Part shown: piece after piece, positions 10,791-20,916 of the stretch
Numbering within the stretch: position 1 is the stretch's first letter
How the letters are laid out: each line of letters begins with the position of its first letter
IMG/VR virus record: IMGVR_UViG_3300033066_000375
DNA: 64,000 nucleotides
Direction: 5' to 3' (one strand)
Source of the DNA: an uncultured virus (IMG/VR IMGVR_UViG_3300033066_000375)
Lineage: Duplodnaviria > Heunggongvirae > Uroviricota > Caudoviricetes
The notes under the pieces: generated by a model
The model's database searches: none
What the model was told of the DNA's origin: nothing
What the model saw: only the letters and a program-made list of their open reading frames with translations
Made by a program: the position numbers and the translations under genes

Positions 10791-11924
10791 GTGAACCAGT
10801 TCCAGCAGACTCTTTACAATGATCTCATGACGCTTTGTGAGAATGAGGCTTTCTATTATGTAGATCAAAATGTCGATGGAAAGGTGTTCCGCGTGTTCAC
10901 TTATCGTTTGGCATCTTATACTGAATTCTGTCTGCCGAATGCGCTGGAGTGTCGTGGTCATACTTTCTTGATGAAAGGTGACACTGCGGTAGACTTGGTT
11001 TGTCTTCCTCCTGCAAAGTTTTTCAATGCTTATGAAAATCCATTCGTAATGGATTTGGATTTCTCCAAGTCATTGATTTATATGGATAAGAAAGATGGGT
11101 CTTTGATTTCCACCGTGAAAGATATTGATGCGCGTTGCGGATTTCGTTTGAAGTCAAAGACTTCTTTTTCATCGTCTCAGGCGAAAGATGCAGAAGTGCT
11201 CTTGATGCGTGCAGATTACAATGATCTGTTGGATTATATCTATAAACAGACGTTGCGTGATCGCACGGTCAATATGGAATATTGTGCTCCCAATAATCGC
11301 ATCGTGATTGGTTATGCTGAACCACATTTGACGATTCTTAATGTTCGTGATAACAAGACTGGTGAAGTTTTTTACCCTCATGATTTGTATCATAACCGAG
11401 TACTTCATAAGTATCTGGTGCCGTATCTGACCAATCTTGAAGTGCAGTATGGTTATGACGAAATTCTAGGCATGACTGGTATCGAAGGTTTCGTAGTCCT
11501 GTTTGATGATGGTCGCGTGTGTAAGGTGAAGACTGAATCATATTGTGTCCTTCACAAGACCAAGGACTCTATCAACAACCCGAAGGCGCTGTTTCAGGCT
11601 TGCTTGTACGAAACTTCTGATGACTTGCGTTCACTGTTCCATGATGATGAACTTGCAATGAAGCAGATCAACGCTATGGAAACTTTGGTGCGAAAGGAAT
11701 ATAATCATCGTTCAGCACAGTTGCAAAAGTTTTATGATGAAAACAAGTCGCTTGATCGAAAAGATTATGCAATCCTTGGCCAGTCAGTGTTGAAAGATGC
11801 TGGCACGTTCTCACTGGCGATGAATCTGTATGTTGGAAAGGAAATGGGCTTGCGTGATTGGATGATGAAGAACTATCGCGAATTTGGTATTACTGATGTT
11901 CCAGTAGTGGAACAGGAGAACTAA
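10791..11924 (+). CDS. rnlA: RNA ligase 1 (T4 RnlA/gp63-like)
   Basis: FTYRLASY, ALECRG, KFFN, motif I KKDGSLIST, PNNRIV, IEGFV and KVKTESY motifs. Confidence 0.92.
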   Translation: MNQFQQTLYNDLMTLCENEAFYYVDQNVDGKVFRVFTYRLASYTEFCLPNALECRGHTFLMKGDTAVDLVCLPPAKFFNAYENPFVMDLDFSKSLIYMDKKDGSLISTVKDIDARCGFRLKSKTSFSSSQAKDAEVLLMRADYNDLLDYIYKQTLRDRTVNMEYCAPNNRIVIGYAEPHLTILNVRDNKTGEVFYPHDLYHNRVLHKYLVPYLTNLEVQYGYDEILGMTGIEGFVVLFDDGRVCKVKTESYCVLHKTKDSINNPKALFQACLYETSDDLRSLFHDDELAMKQINAMETLVRKEYNHRSAQLQKFYDENKSLDRKDYAILGQSVLKDAGTFSLAMNLYVGKEMGLRDWMMKNYREFGITDVPVVEQEN

Positions 11925-11951
11925 GATGAATCTATCAATAAAGGAAGCACA

Positions 11952-13496
11952 ATGACACCATTATATCTAGAATGCCATATTACATTAGAGCCACTATGCG
12001 AAGATCGTAGAGCATGGGCAGAAGACTTGATTAAGCCATTTGGTTTTAAATTGGCTAAGTTATTGATGCAGAAGAGAAATGTTGACACACCAGAACGATC
12101 CAAGTATGATACATTCTGCACCGGACACGCCCCACCAGAACAATGGGACAAGCTTGTGATGAAAATGACGTGCTGTATCAAATCTTTACAATCTGCTGGT
12201 TTTAAGGTCTGGCGTTACAAGATTGAGTCTGTTATGATGGACTCCAGAGATGAAGACATTGGCGGATTACTGGTATATTAATATGAAAAACTTAGGAATT
12301 GTAGCAATGTGGTTGGCTGTGGTTGCAATAGCTGCTATCTTACAGGACAGTTTTGTGACCCTCTTATCAGTTTTCACGGCTGGTGGAGTTACAGTTACTA
12401 TCAATGAGCAACAGTGAAGAATATTTAAAATCAACTGATTAAACTAACCAATAAAGGAAATTAAAATGGCTGAGAAAGAACGTAACACTGGTATGGATTA
12501 CCCTGAATACAAGACGCCGAAGAGTGTCGCAATGTGCTTGCGCGTTGATGGTATTCGTCGTAAGCTAAGTGCTGAACGCTTTGCGATTCGCAATAAGCTA
12601 TTGAATCGCCATGGGAAGTTACGCAAGTAATGGCAATTTTAACTGCAAATCTAGCGATAATCGCTCCTAAAGAAACTCTAGATTTACTAATTGCTAAATC
12701 TCTTGACGGTAACGAAGTAGACCTTTCGAGATTGATGGAACATCCTGAGTATTATACTAAGCCAGTCCTTGAGGAAGGTTTAGAGTTGGATACTTGGGAT
12801 ATTGGTAATGGTGAAGATGGGGAAGGTCCAATTGCCAGCCTGTCTTTAACCTATGAAATTGATGCCATGGGATGGCAGGAAAACTTAGAAGGTTTCTTTG
12901 AAATCTCAGAAGCATATCCAGATTCTTTGATTGTTATTGAATATGGTGTTGAGTCTGACAAGTTCGTTACAATCTGTCACATTAATGACGGTACATTGAT
13001 GCACGTTCAAGAAGTCGATTGGGATAGTGAAGAAGGTATTGAAATTCGCGAAAGTCTAGGGTATGATGTTGGCTCATGAATGACGAGGAAGAATAATGTT
13101 TTCTATGAATACAGCACCAACAGATCAACGATTGCTTCTGTATGGTGAGAATACATGGTATGAAGGGTATTACTGCCATGGTACTGGAATATGGTATCCA
13201 GTAACACTCAATTATCATGGTTGTGGGTGTTGCGGTAGTTCATCGCCCATTCCAGAAGGATGGCTCCCATTGCCTGCTCCGGTGTTAAGCGAATGAACCT
13301 TCGAATAGTAGTTGACACAATATTTCGTGGTATGTATCATCTGAAAAATGATAAGACCACAATAGCGCTGATTCAAGAAGACATTAATGGCAACAGAGAG
13401 ATTGGCTTCACTGTTGTTAGATTGAAATTCCAAGATTTGTTAGAGATACATGAGTTTGTAACAACATACGATAAGTGGTTGACAAGCGATAAGTGA
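11952..13496 (+). other. Small hypothetical ORFs (11952-12281, 12630-13079, 13096-13296 DUF551-like, 13293-13496)
   Basis: Packed co-directional ORFs; 13096 has MNTAP...GWLPLPAP typical of DUF551. Confidence 0.6.
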
Positions 13497-13514
13497 TGAA
13501 GTAGAATTCTTACA

Positions 13515-13810
13515 TGGTCGCAGGACATATATACAAAGAACAAATGATAACACTGTCTGGCATGCATTGAGGGGCGGTGAGTAAAATAGAGACAACACCA
13601 TAGTCCGTTTTAGCATTAGAGCGATACTTTACTGGCATATGATATACTCTAATGAAAAATTAATGCCACATTATTAGTTTAGATTTGTGAGATGGGCTTT
13701 AACAGAACGTAGAGTTCGACCTGTCGAGTCAGGTATAAATTGGGACTGCCAGCGGCTTAAACATTGCTGGAGGAAGGAAAAACCAGCCATACTCGCATCT
13801 CATAAATATG
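13515..13810 (+). ncRNA. Candidate structured ncRNA
   Basis: TTGACA-N17-TAGAAT promoter at 13479-13507; no long ORF; 12-bp long-range helix ATTTGTGAGATG/CATCTCATAAAT plus internal hairpins. Confidence 0.45.
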
Positions 13811-13819
13811 TTTAAAAAA

Positions 13820-13926
13820 TGTATTAGCCGAATTGTAAAAGATTATCTTTTGGAATAAAGACGAGTGGGTTCGAATCCCTTAATGCACGGCGCTAGTAAA
13901 CTCTTTTACTTCAACTTGTTAATATA
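13820..13926 (+). ncRNA. Y RNA-like (YrlA-type) RNA with tRNA T-arm
   Basis: Terminal helix, CGAA / CAACTT internal loop, second helix followed by TTATC, internal GGGTTCGAATCCC. Confidence 0.6.
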
Positions 13927-13953
13927 TAAAATTTTTTTAGTATGATGAAATAT

Positions 13954-14029
13954 AGCCCGGAAGCTTATTCGGCCAAGCAACAAACTCATAATTTGTAGAA
14001 AATGGGTTCGAATCCCATACGGGCTACCA
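13954..14029 (+). tRNA. tRNA-Ile2(CAU) (or Met), likely TilS substrate
   Basis: Anticodon arm ACAAA-CTCATAA-TTTGT; C4-G69 and C5-G68 pairs; CCA. Confidence 0.8.
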
Positions 14030-14096
14030 ACTAGAACATTTAATTCTGTCTCGTATAAATACTCTTATTGGTGCAAAAACTAAAGGAGTTAATACC

Positions 14097-14669
14097 ATGG
14101 CAGAATTAAAAGAAAGAGATATAAATGGTTACAGAGGCATATATAAACCAGAATGGCCATCAGCATATACATCTAATAATTGGAAAGGATATGTATACGA
14201 ACATCGTTATTTGATGGAACGTGAAATGGGTAGATCGTTAAGAGATGACGAAATTGTCCATCATTTAGATGGTAATAAGTACAATAACAGATTGTCTAAT
14301 CTTATTATATTATCAAATTCTGCATCTCATATGCGTTTACATCATTGGATAGATTCTGGTGCAAAAATGCACGAATCATATCAACCAACAGAAAAAGATG
14401 ATAAATTTTTCGCAGAACATACGGAAAATCTATATTGTAAGATGTGCAATACTACATTACAATTTAAACAAGAGTTTTATTGTTCGGATGAATGTGGTAA
14501 GATAGACAGAAGAACCACAGAAAGACCATCTAAAGATGATTTAGTTAGAATGATTAAAGATATGGGCTATAGTGAAGTTGGTAGATTATACAATGTATCT
14601 GATAATGCTATACGAAAGTGGGTTAAAACCTATGGACTTCACCCGAAAACATTTGAAAATTTAGCTTGA
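14097..14669 (+). CDS. HNH homing endonuclease with C-terminal HTH
   Basis: YVYEHRYLME, IVHHLDGNKYNNRLSNL and VSDNAIRKW motifs; TATAAATA upstream. Confidence 0.88.
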   Translation: MAELKERDINGYRGIYKPEWPSAYTSNNWKGYVYEHRYLMEREMGRSLRDDEIVHHLDGNKYNNRLSNLIILSNSASHMRLHHWIDSGAKMHESYQPTEKDDKFFAEHTENLYCKMCNTTLQFKQEFYCSDECGKIDRRTTERPSKDDLVRMIKDMGYSEVGRLYNVSDNAIRKWVKTYGLHPKTFENLA

Positions 14670-14703
14670 CAAGAAACTCTAAATAAAGTATATTACAAAC
14701 AAT

Positions 14704-14788
14704 GGGGTTGTTAAGCAGCGGATGGCTTCGTCGTCTTCTAAGCGACTATCGAAAGATCTTGCAGGTTCGAATCCTGTCAACCCCGCCA
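14704..14788 (+). tRNA. tRNA-Arg(UCU) with unusually long variable arm
   Basis: GGGGTTG/CAACCCC, GTCGT-CTTCTAA-GCGAC, extra ATC-GAAA-GAT arm, CCA. Confidence 0.8.
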
Positions 14789-14792
14789 TTTA

Positions 14793-14896
14793 CTCCCGTT
14801 AGCTCAGTGGATAGTCAGCACGGACCTTCTTGAAAACTTTTTTGAGAGTCTTCAAGAAGTCCGGGGTCGGGGGTTCGAATCCCTCACGGGAGGCCA
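14793..14896 (+). tRNA. tRNA-Arg with 26-nt hairpin insertion (putative intron) in the anticodon loop
   Basis: Intact acceptor, D and T arms and CCA; CGGAC/GTCCG stem encloses 33 nt (14826-14858) instead of 7. Confidence 0.85.
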
Positions 14897-15426
14897 AATT
14901 CGAACCCCACATATAAATAGAATCCGCCATCGGGAAGCAGGGTGGACAAAAGAACTCCCAATTTGGTACAATGTGGATTACAGACGGTACTTCAAGAAGG
15001 TTGGAAACGTGGCAGATCATGAAAATTTACATCTTAATCGAATTTTACACTTATGATGATGAGGAAGAGATCATCAATGTTTTCACTGATGAAGTCCTAG
15101 CAAACAAATATTTAGATTCCTTTAGAAAGAATCAACCGCTAAATGCATATCAACTCCGAATTATCGACACAACTGAAGAGGATTTAGAAGATGGAAACGA
15201 TTAAGCTTGTATTGTCAGCACTAATCATGTTATGCTTCATTGTACCTTTCTGGTGGGTTGTAGTCATCTAATGGCTATCTTGTCAGATATTCTTAGCATC
15301 TTAGTACCATTGATTTTGCTCTGTGCATTTATTCCAGAGATTCCGATCATGGCTATCGAAAACTTCAAAGAGATTTGGAAGTCAATTAAGAGTCAATGAT
15401 ATATACTCCTAAACAGGAGCAATATC

Positions 15427-15903
15427 ATGCGTAGACTGATTTTACCATTTGTATTTTTATTCATTTCTAGTTGTGCCACAGTTCAGACTGATAATGAGTT
15501 AGCATACCCGACACCAATTACACATACTACCGAACATTCAGTTCCATTATCAAATCCTTCAAAAGAACAAATAAGTTCAGAACTTGGTCTAGCATTCGAT
15601 AAGTCAGAATGGACAGACAAAGAGAGATTAGCATTTGCATTATCATTATTAGCAAATGCGGCTGATCTTTATACATCACTCAATGATGATGGCACATGTG
15701 TAGAATCTACACCACTCTTAGGTAAGAATCCAAGCGATGGATTGTTAATAAGTGTAAAATTAATCGCAATAGGTTTCGAATATTGGTTATATAATAATCC
15801 TAAATTTCATACTGGTACACATTGGTATGGATTTACATCTGCTGTATATCATGGTATAACAGCATACACAAACAGTCAGAATGACTGTTTCAAGAATCGA
15901 TGA
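15427..15903 (+). CDS. Putative lipoprotein / membrane protein
   Basis: Lipobox-like ISSC after a hydrophobic leader; ADLYTS...VESTPLLG. Confidence 0.6.
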   Translation: MRRLILPFVFLFISSCATVQTDNELAYPTPITHTTEHSVPLSNPSKEQISSELGLAFDKSEWTDKERLAFALSLLANAADLYTSLNDDGTCVESTPLLGKNPSDGLLISVKLIAIGFEYWLYNNPKFHTGTHWYGFTSAVYHGITAYTNSQNDCFKNR

Positions 15904-15913
15904 GGATATTACC

Positions 15914-17172
15914 ATGTCATTATTTAAAGTCGTATTAAGTTCTGAAGTCATAGTCGTAGCAAGGGATGAAGAAGACGCAATGACACAAGCTGAAAGTTGT
16001 CAGCATGACATTGCCAGTGCTGGTGAGTTCTATGCAGAATCATCAGAACAAGTCTTTAAAATCAAAGACTTACCTGTTGGGTGGAACAAAGATTGTATCC
16101 CGTGGAATGCAAACGAAAGAATTGAAACCTTGCTAAAGAGTTCTTGACATGGATATCGATGATGAGTATGATGGAACCTTCAAACAAGTGATCATCTTTC
16201 TGTTCATAGCGATGATCGTATTTTAATCAACCTCAAACATAGAGATATACAAATGAATACTTATGCCGTTATCACTAATAAGCTGAATAACAAGTCTACG
16301 CGAGTGCTGGTGCGAAATGGTGCCATCAATTCTCGCCAATGTAATGACGCTATCAATCGTGTTGGTACTAGCGATTATCGAAAGTGCGATCTGATGTCTA
16401 ACATTCCTGTCACTGTGCTTGGTTCAAAGCCTATTATGCGTATTACCAAGTCTGGCACGCATCTTTCGTCAGAGAATGAAATTCGCATCATTCAGAATTC
16501 TACTGAGCGTTATACTGTTGCATATAAGATGGAACAGAACGAAAATGGTGGTCTTACGCGAATTCAATACGCAGTAGCACGCACTGCACCGCGAGATAAT
16601 TATTCTCGCAAGCTTGGTCGCACTATTGCCACTGGTCGTCTTAATAGTGGAAAAGAAAAAAATGTGCATGAACTGATTCTTGATGGCTCATTCCAATTCC
16701 CAGCTACTGGAAAGGATTGGAAGGAACTTGAAGATGGTATTAAGGTCTATGCAGAATCTCTGTAATGCTCCCGCATTTAGAATGTGCTTTTAAAATTGGT
16801 GAAACAGTTAGAGAAATGGGCTTAACAGACTTTATGATTGTTAAGTCCATTGCTCCAAAGCGATCTAACAAGGGATACACATTCTGGGAAATCTATTGCG
16901 AAAACATTGACACTGATGAAGTTAAGATGTATCATGAGTGGCAGATAGTTTCGAATGAAGTAGAAACCTAAAGGATAGATATGAAGAAGTTGATTGCGTT
17001 GGTCATTGTGTGTATGATGTTGGTTGGATGTGGCAAAGTAGGTCGTATAGAGGCCGCACTGACTGGTTGGAGCGAAAGTTGCGTTGATGGTGTTACATAT
17101 CTACAATTCACCTCTGGTGTTACAGTAAAATACAATCGTGATGGTACGGTTGCTACTTGCAAAGATCACTAA
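15914..17172 (+). other. Hypothetical ORFs (15914-16147, 16253-16765, 16765-16971, and lipoprotein 16981-17172)
   Basis: Co-directional ORFs with RBS; 16981 has an LVGC lipobox. Confidence 0.6.
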
Positions 17173-17183
17173 ATAGATGTTAT

Positions 17184-17260
17184 GCGCTAGTAGTCCAGCG
17201 GCAGGAGACAACAGACTTAGAATCTGTACAGGGTGGGTTCGAATCCCTCCTAGCGCACCA
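17184..17260 (+). tRNA. tRNA-Leu(UAG), short variable arm
   Basis: GCGCTAG/CTAGCGC, ACAGA-CTTAGAA-TCTGT, CCA. Confidence 0.88.
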
Positions 17261-17632
17261 TTTATGATCTAACTCTAAAGGAATTTGTTTATCCATCCAA
17301 GTAGTTAAACTACAGCAACTACATTTCCTATCGAAGATTGCATCACGGAAAAGTCTTTCTTTTAGTTTAAATGTTTGATAATGTGGATGTAGTCCTTCTA
17401 GGATTTCAGTAAGTGGTATTACTGGTTTAAAATATTTTTTACCTTTATTGTGTGCTTGACCTGTAAAATGAGTTACATCTAGTTTATTTGTTTTAATGTG
17501 ATGGTGTATAGATTTGTATGCGCCTCCAGATGCATTTAAGTTTAGTTTCTGTAAAACTTGTGCAATAGATGATGATGACTTGACAGCATCTTCCAACTGT
17601 TCTATAGTGTAGCTGTAATTTGATTTTTTCAT
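17261..17632 (-). pseudogene. HNH homing endonuclease truncated at its catalytic motif
   Basis: AVKSSSSIAQVLQKL, THFTGQ and CSCC...WMDKQIPLELDH motifs, then runs into the antisense of tRNA-Leu. Confidence 0.75.
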
Positions 17633-17697
17633 TGTAGTAGACTCTCAATTATATATGTATTTAGTGTCTACCTTAATAATTTTTATAAATATGTGAT

Positions 17698-17839
17698 GGG
17701 GTTGTGGCGGAATGGTAGACGCAGCAGACTCTTGTAGAGTTCTTTCACTAGAAAGAAAGGATTTTCGGATGGATGGAAAATTCATCCGAAAATCTGCCGC
17801 CCTCTGGGCGTGAGGGTTCGAATCCCTCCTACCCCACCA
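17698..17839 (+). tRNA. tRNA-Leu(CAA) with 57-nt structured insertion in the anticodon
   Basis: Leu-type D arm and long variable arm; GCAGA-CTC[57 nt, 17732-17788]AAAA-TCTGC; CCA. Confidence 0.8.
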
Positions 17840-17888
17840 GATTTTTTAGTTGTTGACAAGCACTATATAGTAGTGTATGATTTAAAAA

Positions 17889-17950
17889 TGTGGTCGAATG
17901 TTATGGGTTATCATATCGAAAAAAATATCCCAAACAATTAACTTACCACA
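17889..17950 (+). ncRNA. Minimal Y RNA-like stem (Ro60-binding-type)
   Basis: TGTGGT-CGAA-TGTTATGGG-TTATC...CCCAAACA-ATTAACTT-ACCACA; starts just after a TTGACA-N17-TATGAT promoter. Confidence 0.6.
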
Positions 17951-18024
17951 AGAATTTATATAGCGGTGGTTTAACTGGTTAAAATGCCATTTTTTCAAAT
18001 TGGAAGACCACCAATAAATGTTAT

Positions 18025-18104
18025 GCCCGGTTAGCTCAGAGAAAGAGCAATCCCATCGTCGTCGTTGGGATAGGTCGGTGGTTCAAGTCCATCATCGGGC
18101 GCCA
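18025..18104 (+). tRNA. tRNA-like gene with aberrant 12-nt anticodon loop (possibly Asp-derived)
   Basis: Canonical acceptor, D and T arms, discriminator G, CCA; ATCCC-ATCGTCGTCGTT-GGGAT. Confidence 0.7.
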
Positions 18105-18664
18105 AATTAGGATAGTTATGAATAAAACCATATCATTGGAAGAGTTCCTAGAGAAATTAGAAAATGCTAGTGCGATTGTTTTGAGTGGTTATTTAACATT
18201 TTATTTTGGTCACATAAAAGAATTGCAGTATTTTACAATTGACCGTAATGGTGAAGATATAAAGTTTTTGTACGTTGACAATAAAAATGTGCAGGTCTAT
18301 TCTAAACCAGATGGTTCATATTCATTTGCTAATATCATTTGTTCTCAAGGTAGAGTATATGATATTTCACTGTTAACATATGTAGAACTATAAATAGAAT
18401 AAATTTACAAGACGAAAGAAAATAGGTTACCAATACTGATAGCTAGGACGGCAACAATAGAGCCTAAAAAGTGTACGATACTAACATGCAAATAAGTGTC
18501 ATGGTTAGACAAGAGTCTAAATCGTAACCAGCAGATGTAAAAGTCTGTTTCAATGACGAAACATTGAATCCTATTTTCATTACCTTGCTTGTGATATAAA
18601 TTTTCGAAACAAATTTTTGTACTCGCATAAATAAGAAAGTAACATTAATAAAAGCGAGTTCAAA

Positions 18665-19327
18665 ATGAAAAAATACGATCATCTAAGAGAGAAAGCAAAA
18701 ACATTAAGAGAGCAAGGATATTCTCTTATAGAAATAAGTAATATGCTTGGAAAGGCAAAAACTACGGTTTATCATTGGTTAATAAATTTTGAAGGATATA
18801 AATCCAAAACTCTAGAATCACATAAATCAGAAAAATGTAAGGCAAGTCTTAAAGCAGCAGTTAAAGCAAATACTGAAAAGTATGACAAATTAAGAAAAAC
18901 AGCTTATTTGGATGGTACGAGTATTTTTGTAAATGATTCTAAAAATCTTAGAGATTTTGCTTTACTATATTTAACAGAAGGGCATAGAAAGACGAAATGG
19001 GCACCATCTATTTCTAATTCTAATTGGAAAATAATAGCATTTTCAAAAAAGATATTTGAAAAATATTCTGATAAAAAGATTGGATATAGAATTCAATATC
19101 ATGCTGATCAAGATTTGAATCAAATAAAGAGTTTTTGGGCTGAAAAACTTTGTATACTACCAACTGAAATTAAACTACAACGAAAAAGTAATTCTGGTAA
19201 ATTAAAAGGTAGGAATTGGGCGTCTGTAAATGGTGTGTTGGCAATAACTGTAAATGACACATATTTAAGAGAAAAAATACAAGCTTGGATGGACTTAGTA
19301 GAAAAAGACTGGGAACTTGATTTATAA
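18665..19327 (+). CDS. HTH plus LAGLIDADG-like putative homing endonuclease
   Basis: N-terminal HTH (GYSLIEIS..KTTVYHW); ALLYLTEG..SISNSN motif; located among tRNAs. Confidence 0.6.
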   Translation: MKKYDHLREKAKTLREQGYSLIEISNMLGKAKTTVYHWLINFEGYKSKTLESHKSEKCKASLKAAVKANTEKYDKLRKTAYLDGTSIFVNDSKNLRDFALLYLTEGHRKTKWAPSISNSNWKIIAFSKKIFEKYSDKKIGYRIQYHADQDLNQIKSFWAEKLCILPTEIKLQRKSNSGKLKGRNWASVNGVLAITVNDTYLREKIQAWMDLVEKDWELDL

Positions 19328-19366
19328 GTTGCTACTGGCACTAAATAGATGTATGATATTCATAAT

Positions 19367-19444
19367 CCGAGATTGGCGCAGTTTGGCTAGCGCATCTGCT
19401 TTGGGAGCAGAGGGTCATAGGTTCGAATCCTATATCTCGGACCA
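19367..19444 (+). tRNA. tRNA-Pro(UGG)
   Basis: TCTGC-TTTGGGA-GCAGA; canonical cloverleaf; CCA. Confidence 0.92.
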
Positions 19445-19630
19445 AATTTTGCCAGTAACTCTAAAAAACTGGCCGTTGTCGATTAACGGAAATCGAATAA
19501 TGTTTGCGCGATAACACAAACTATGTTCAAAGGATTGTGAAATAAATCCTATAGCATCGGTCAAGGCTATATCAGGCATTGAAACTGTAGATAGAAGTGA
19601 TTAGACACATGACCAAGAATTTAGTAAAAT

Positions 19631-19706
19631 GGTTCCTTAGCTCAATTGGGAGAGCGTCTGGCTTACATCCAGAAGGCACTCGGATCGAAACCGAGAGGAA
19701 CCACCA
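19631..19706 (+). tRNA. tRNA-Val(UAC)
   Basis: TCTGG-CTTACAT-CCAGA; CCA. Confidence 0.9.
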
Positions 19707-20122
19707 AGTTTATTATAAAGTCTGTCTGTCTATTACCATGTAGCGCTATGGTCAATATCAAAAGGTATAGCTAGCCGATTGATATAATGCGTTAGAAGAT
19801 ACATTGACGATATCTTCGGTAGACTTTATAACTTATTCAGAGACAAAATGAAAGACGATAACTACATACGCCAAAAAATCATTGATTTATATTTCAATAA
19901 ACATCTTCCCATATCAGTGATAAAAGATCAAGTCAATAAATCAGAAACCTTTATTGAGCGTGTTATCATCAAGCATTCAGATTTCATTCGCAAATAATTA
20001 AAACTCTGGCAGGTAACGTACCTTACGCCCAAAGTAAAAAAACGTAACGGGAGTAGAGTCCTCCTTGCACTTTGCGAAATTCTTTGATAGTATTTCATCA
20101 CACTGAACTGATGGGGATAGAA

Positions 20123-20754
20123 ATGCGAGCTTATGTCGGTGAAACTGTAATTGCACAATCCGAATCAAAATTTAGAAATTTTACAGCAAGTGATTGGGCC
20201 ATGTATTTCATTAGTCGTTATGGTCAGACTGATGGCGGTCATCACAAGGCTTGGGTTCTTGACCAAGTTTCCAGAATCCTTAAGGGCACTGGGATTGAAA
20301 TCAAGATAGCGTCATGGTCTGATGGATATATTGAATATCGTGTGTCAACAGTAGAGCCACCCTCTCAAGAATATATTGATTGGGTGCAAGAAATGCTTGG
20401 CACGTATGATGTAGAAAACGAATGTTATGAATATGGCTATGACGAAGGAATTGCACCGTGATTAACGATCCTGTAACTGTAGACCTTGAATCAACTCTTG
20501 ATTCTATCATGCATCGAATTGGTAAAATGTCATATCCAGAAGATGCGCCTATGATTAGGAGTGATGCAAAGCATAAGATTAAGCAAGGATGGCTTCCAAC
20601 TGAGATTGTTAACTATCTTCGTTGTCATGAAGAGGTTGACAAGGAACTTGATGAAGATGTAGCATTGGCACGAATGGCATCTATCAGGGAACGTGTATTG
20701 AAGCGTCTTGGAATTAAAGATTTTCCGTGGATTCCTTCAAGTGATGATGACTAA
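20123..20754 (+). other. Two hypothetical phage ORFs (20123-20461, 20458-20754)
   Basis: First carries YGQTDGGHHKAWVLDQ...YDEGIAP; overlapping stop/start. Confidence 0.65.
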
Positions 20755-20767
20755 ATAAGAGATATGT

Positions 20768-20844
20768 GGCCGGGTAGCCTAGCGGTCTAGGGCGCAATCC
20801 TGATAAGATTGAGATCGAAGGTTCGAATCCTTCCCCAGCCACCA
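20768..20844 (+). tRNA. tRNA-Ile(GAU)
   Basis: CAATC-CTGATAA-GATTG; CCA. Confidence 0.9.
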
Positions 20845-20916
20845 ATTTACGAACCCATACTATTAGTTTGCTCACTTTTATACACTAACTATAAATAGTG
20901 TAAAAGAGAGTTCGAT

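Noticed and set aside
13515..13810. tmRNA or RNase P RNA
   Set aside because: An ACAAATGATAAC segment recalls a tag start, but there are no tRNA-Ala-like ends, no AA-stop tag and no RNase P P4 motif.
17962..18013. Functional tRNA-Glu
   Set aside because: Only D-arm and anticodon-like remnants; no T arm.
18430..18565. Hammerhead ribozyme
   Set aside because: CTGATAG does not fit CUGANGA, and the stems around GAAAC do not form the core.
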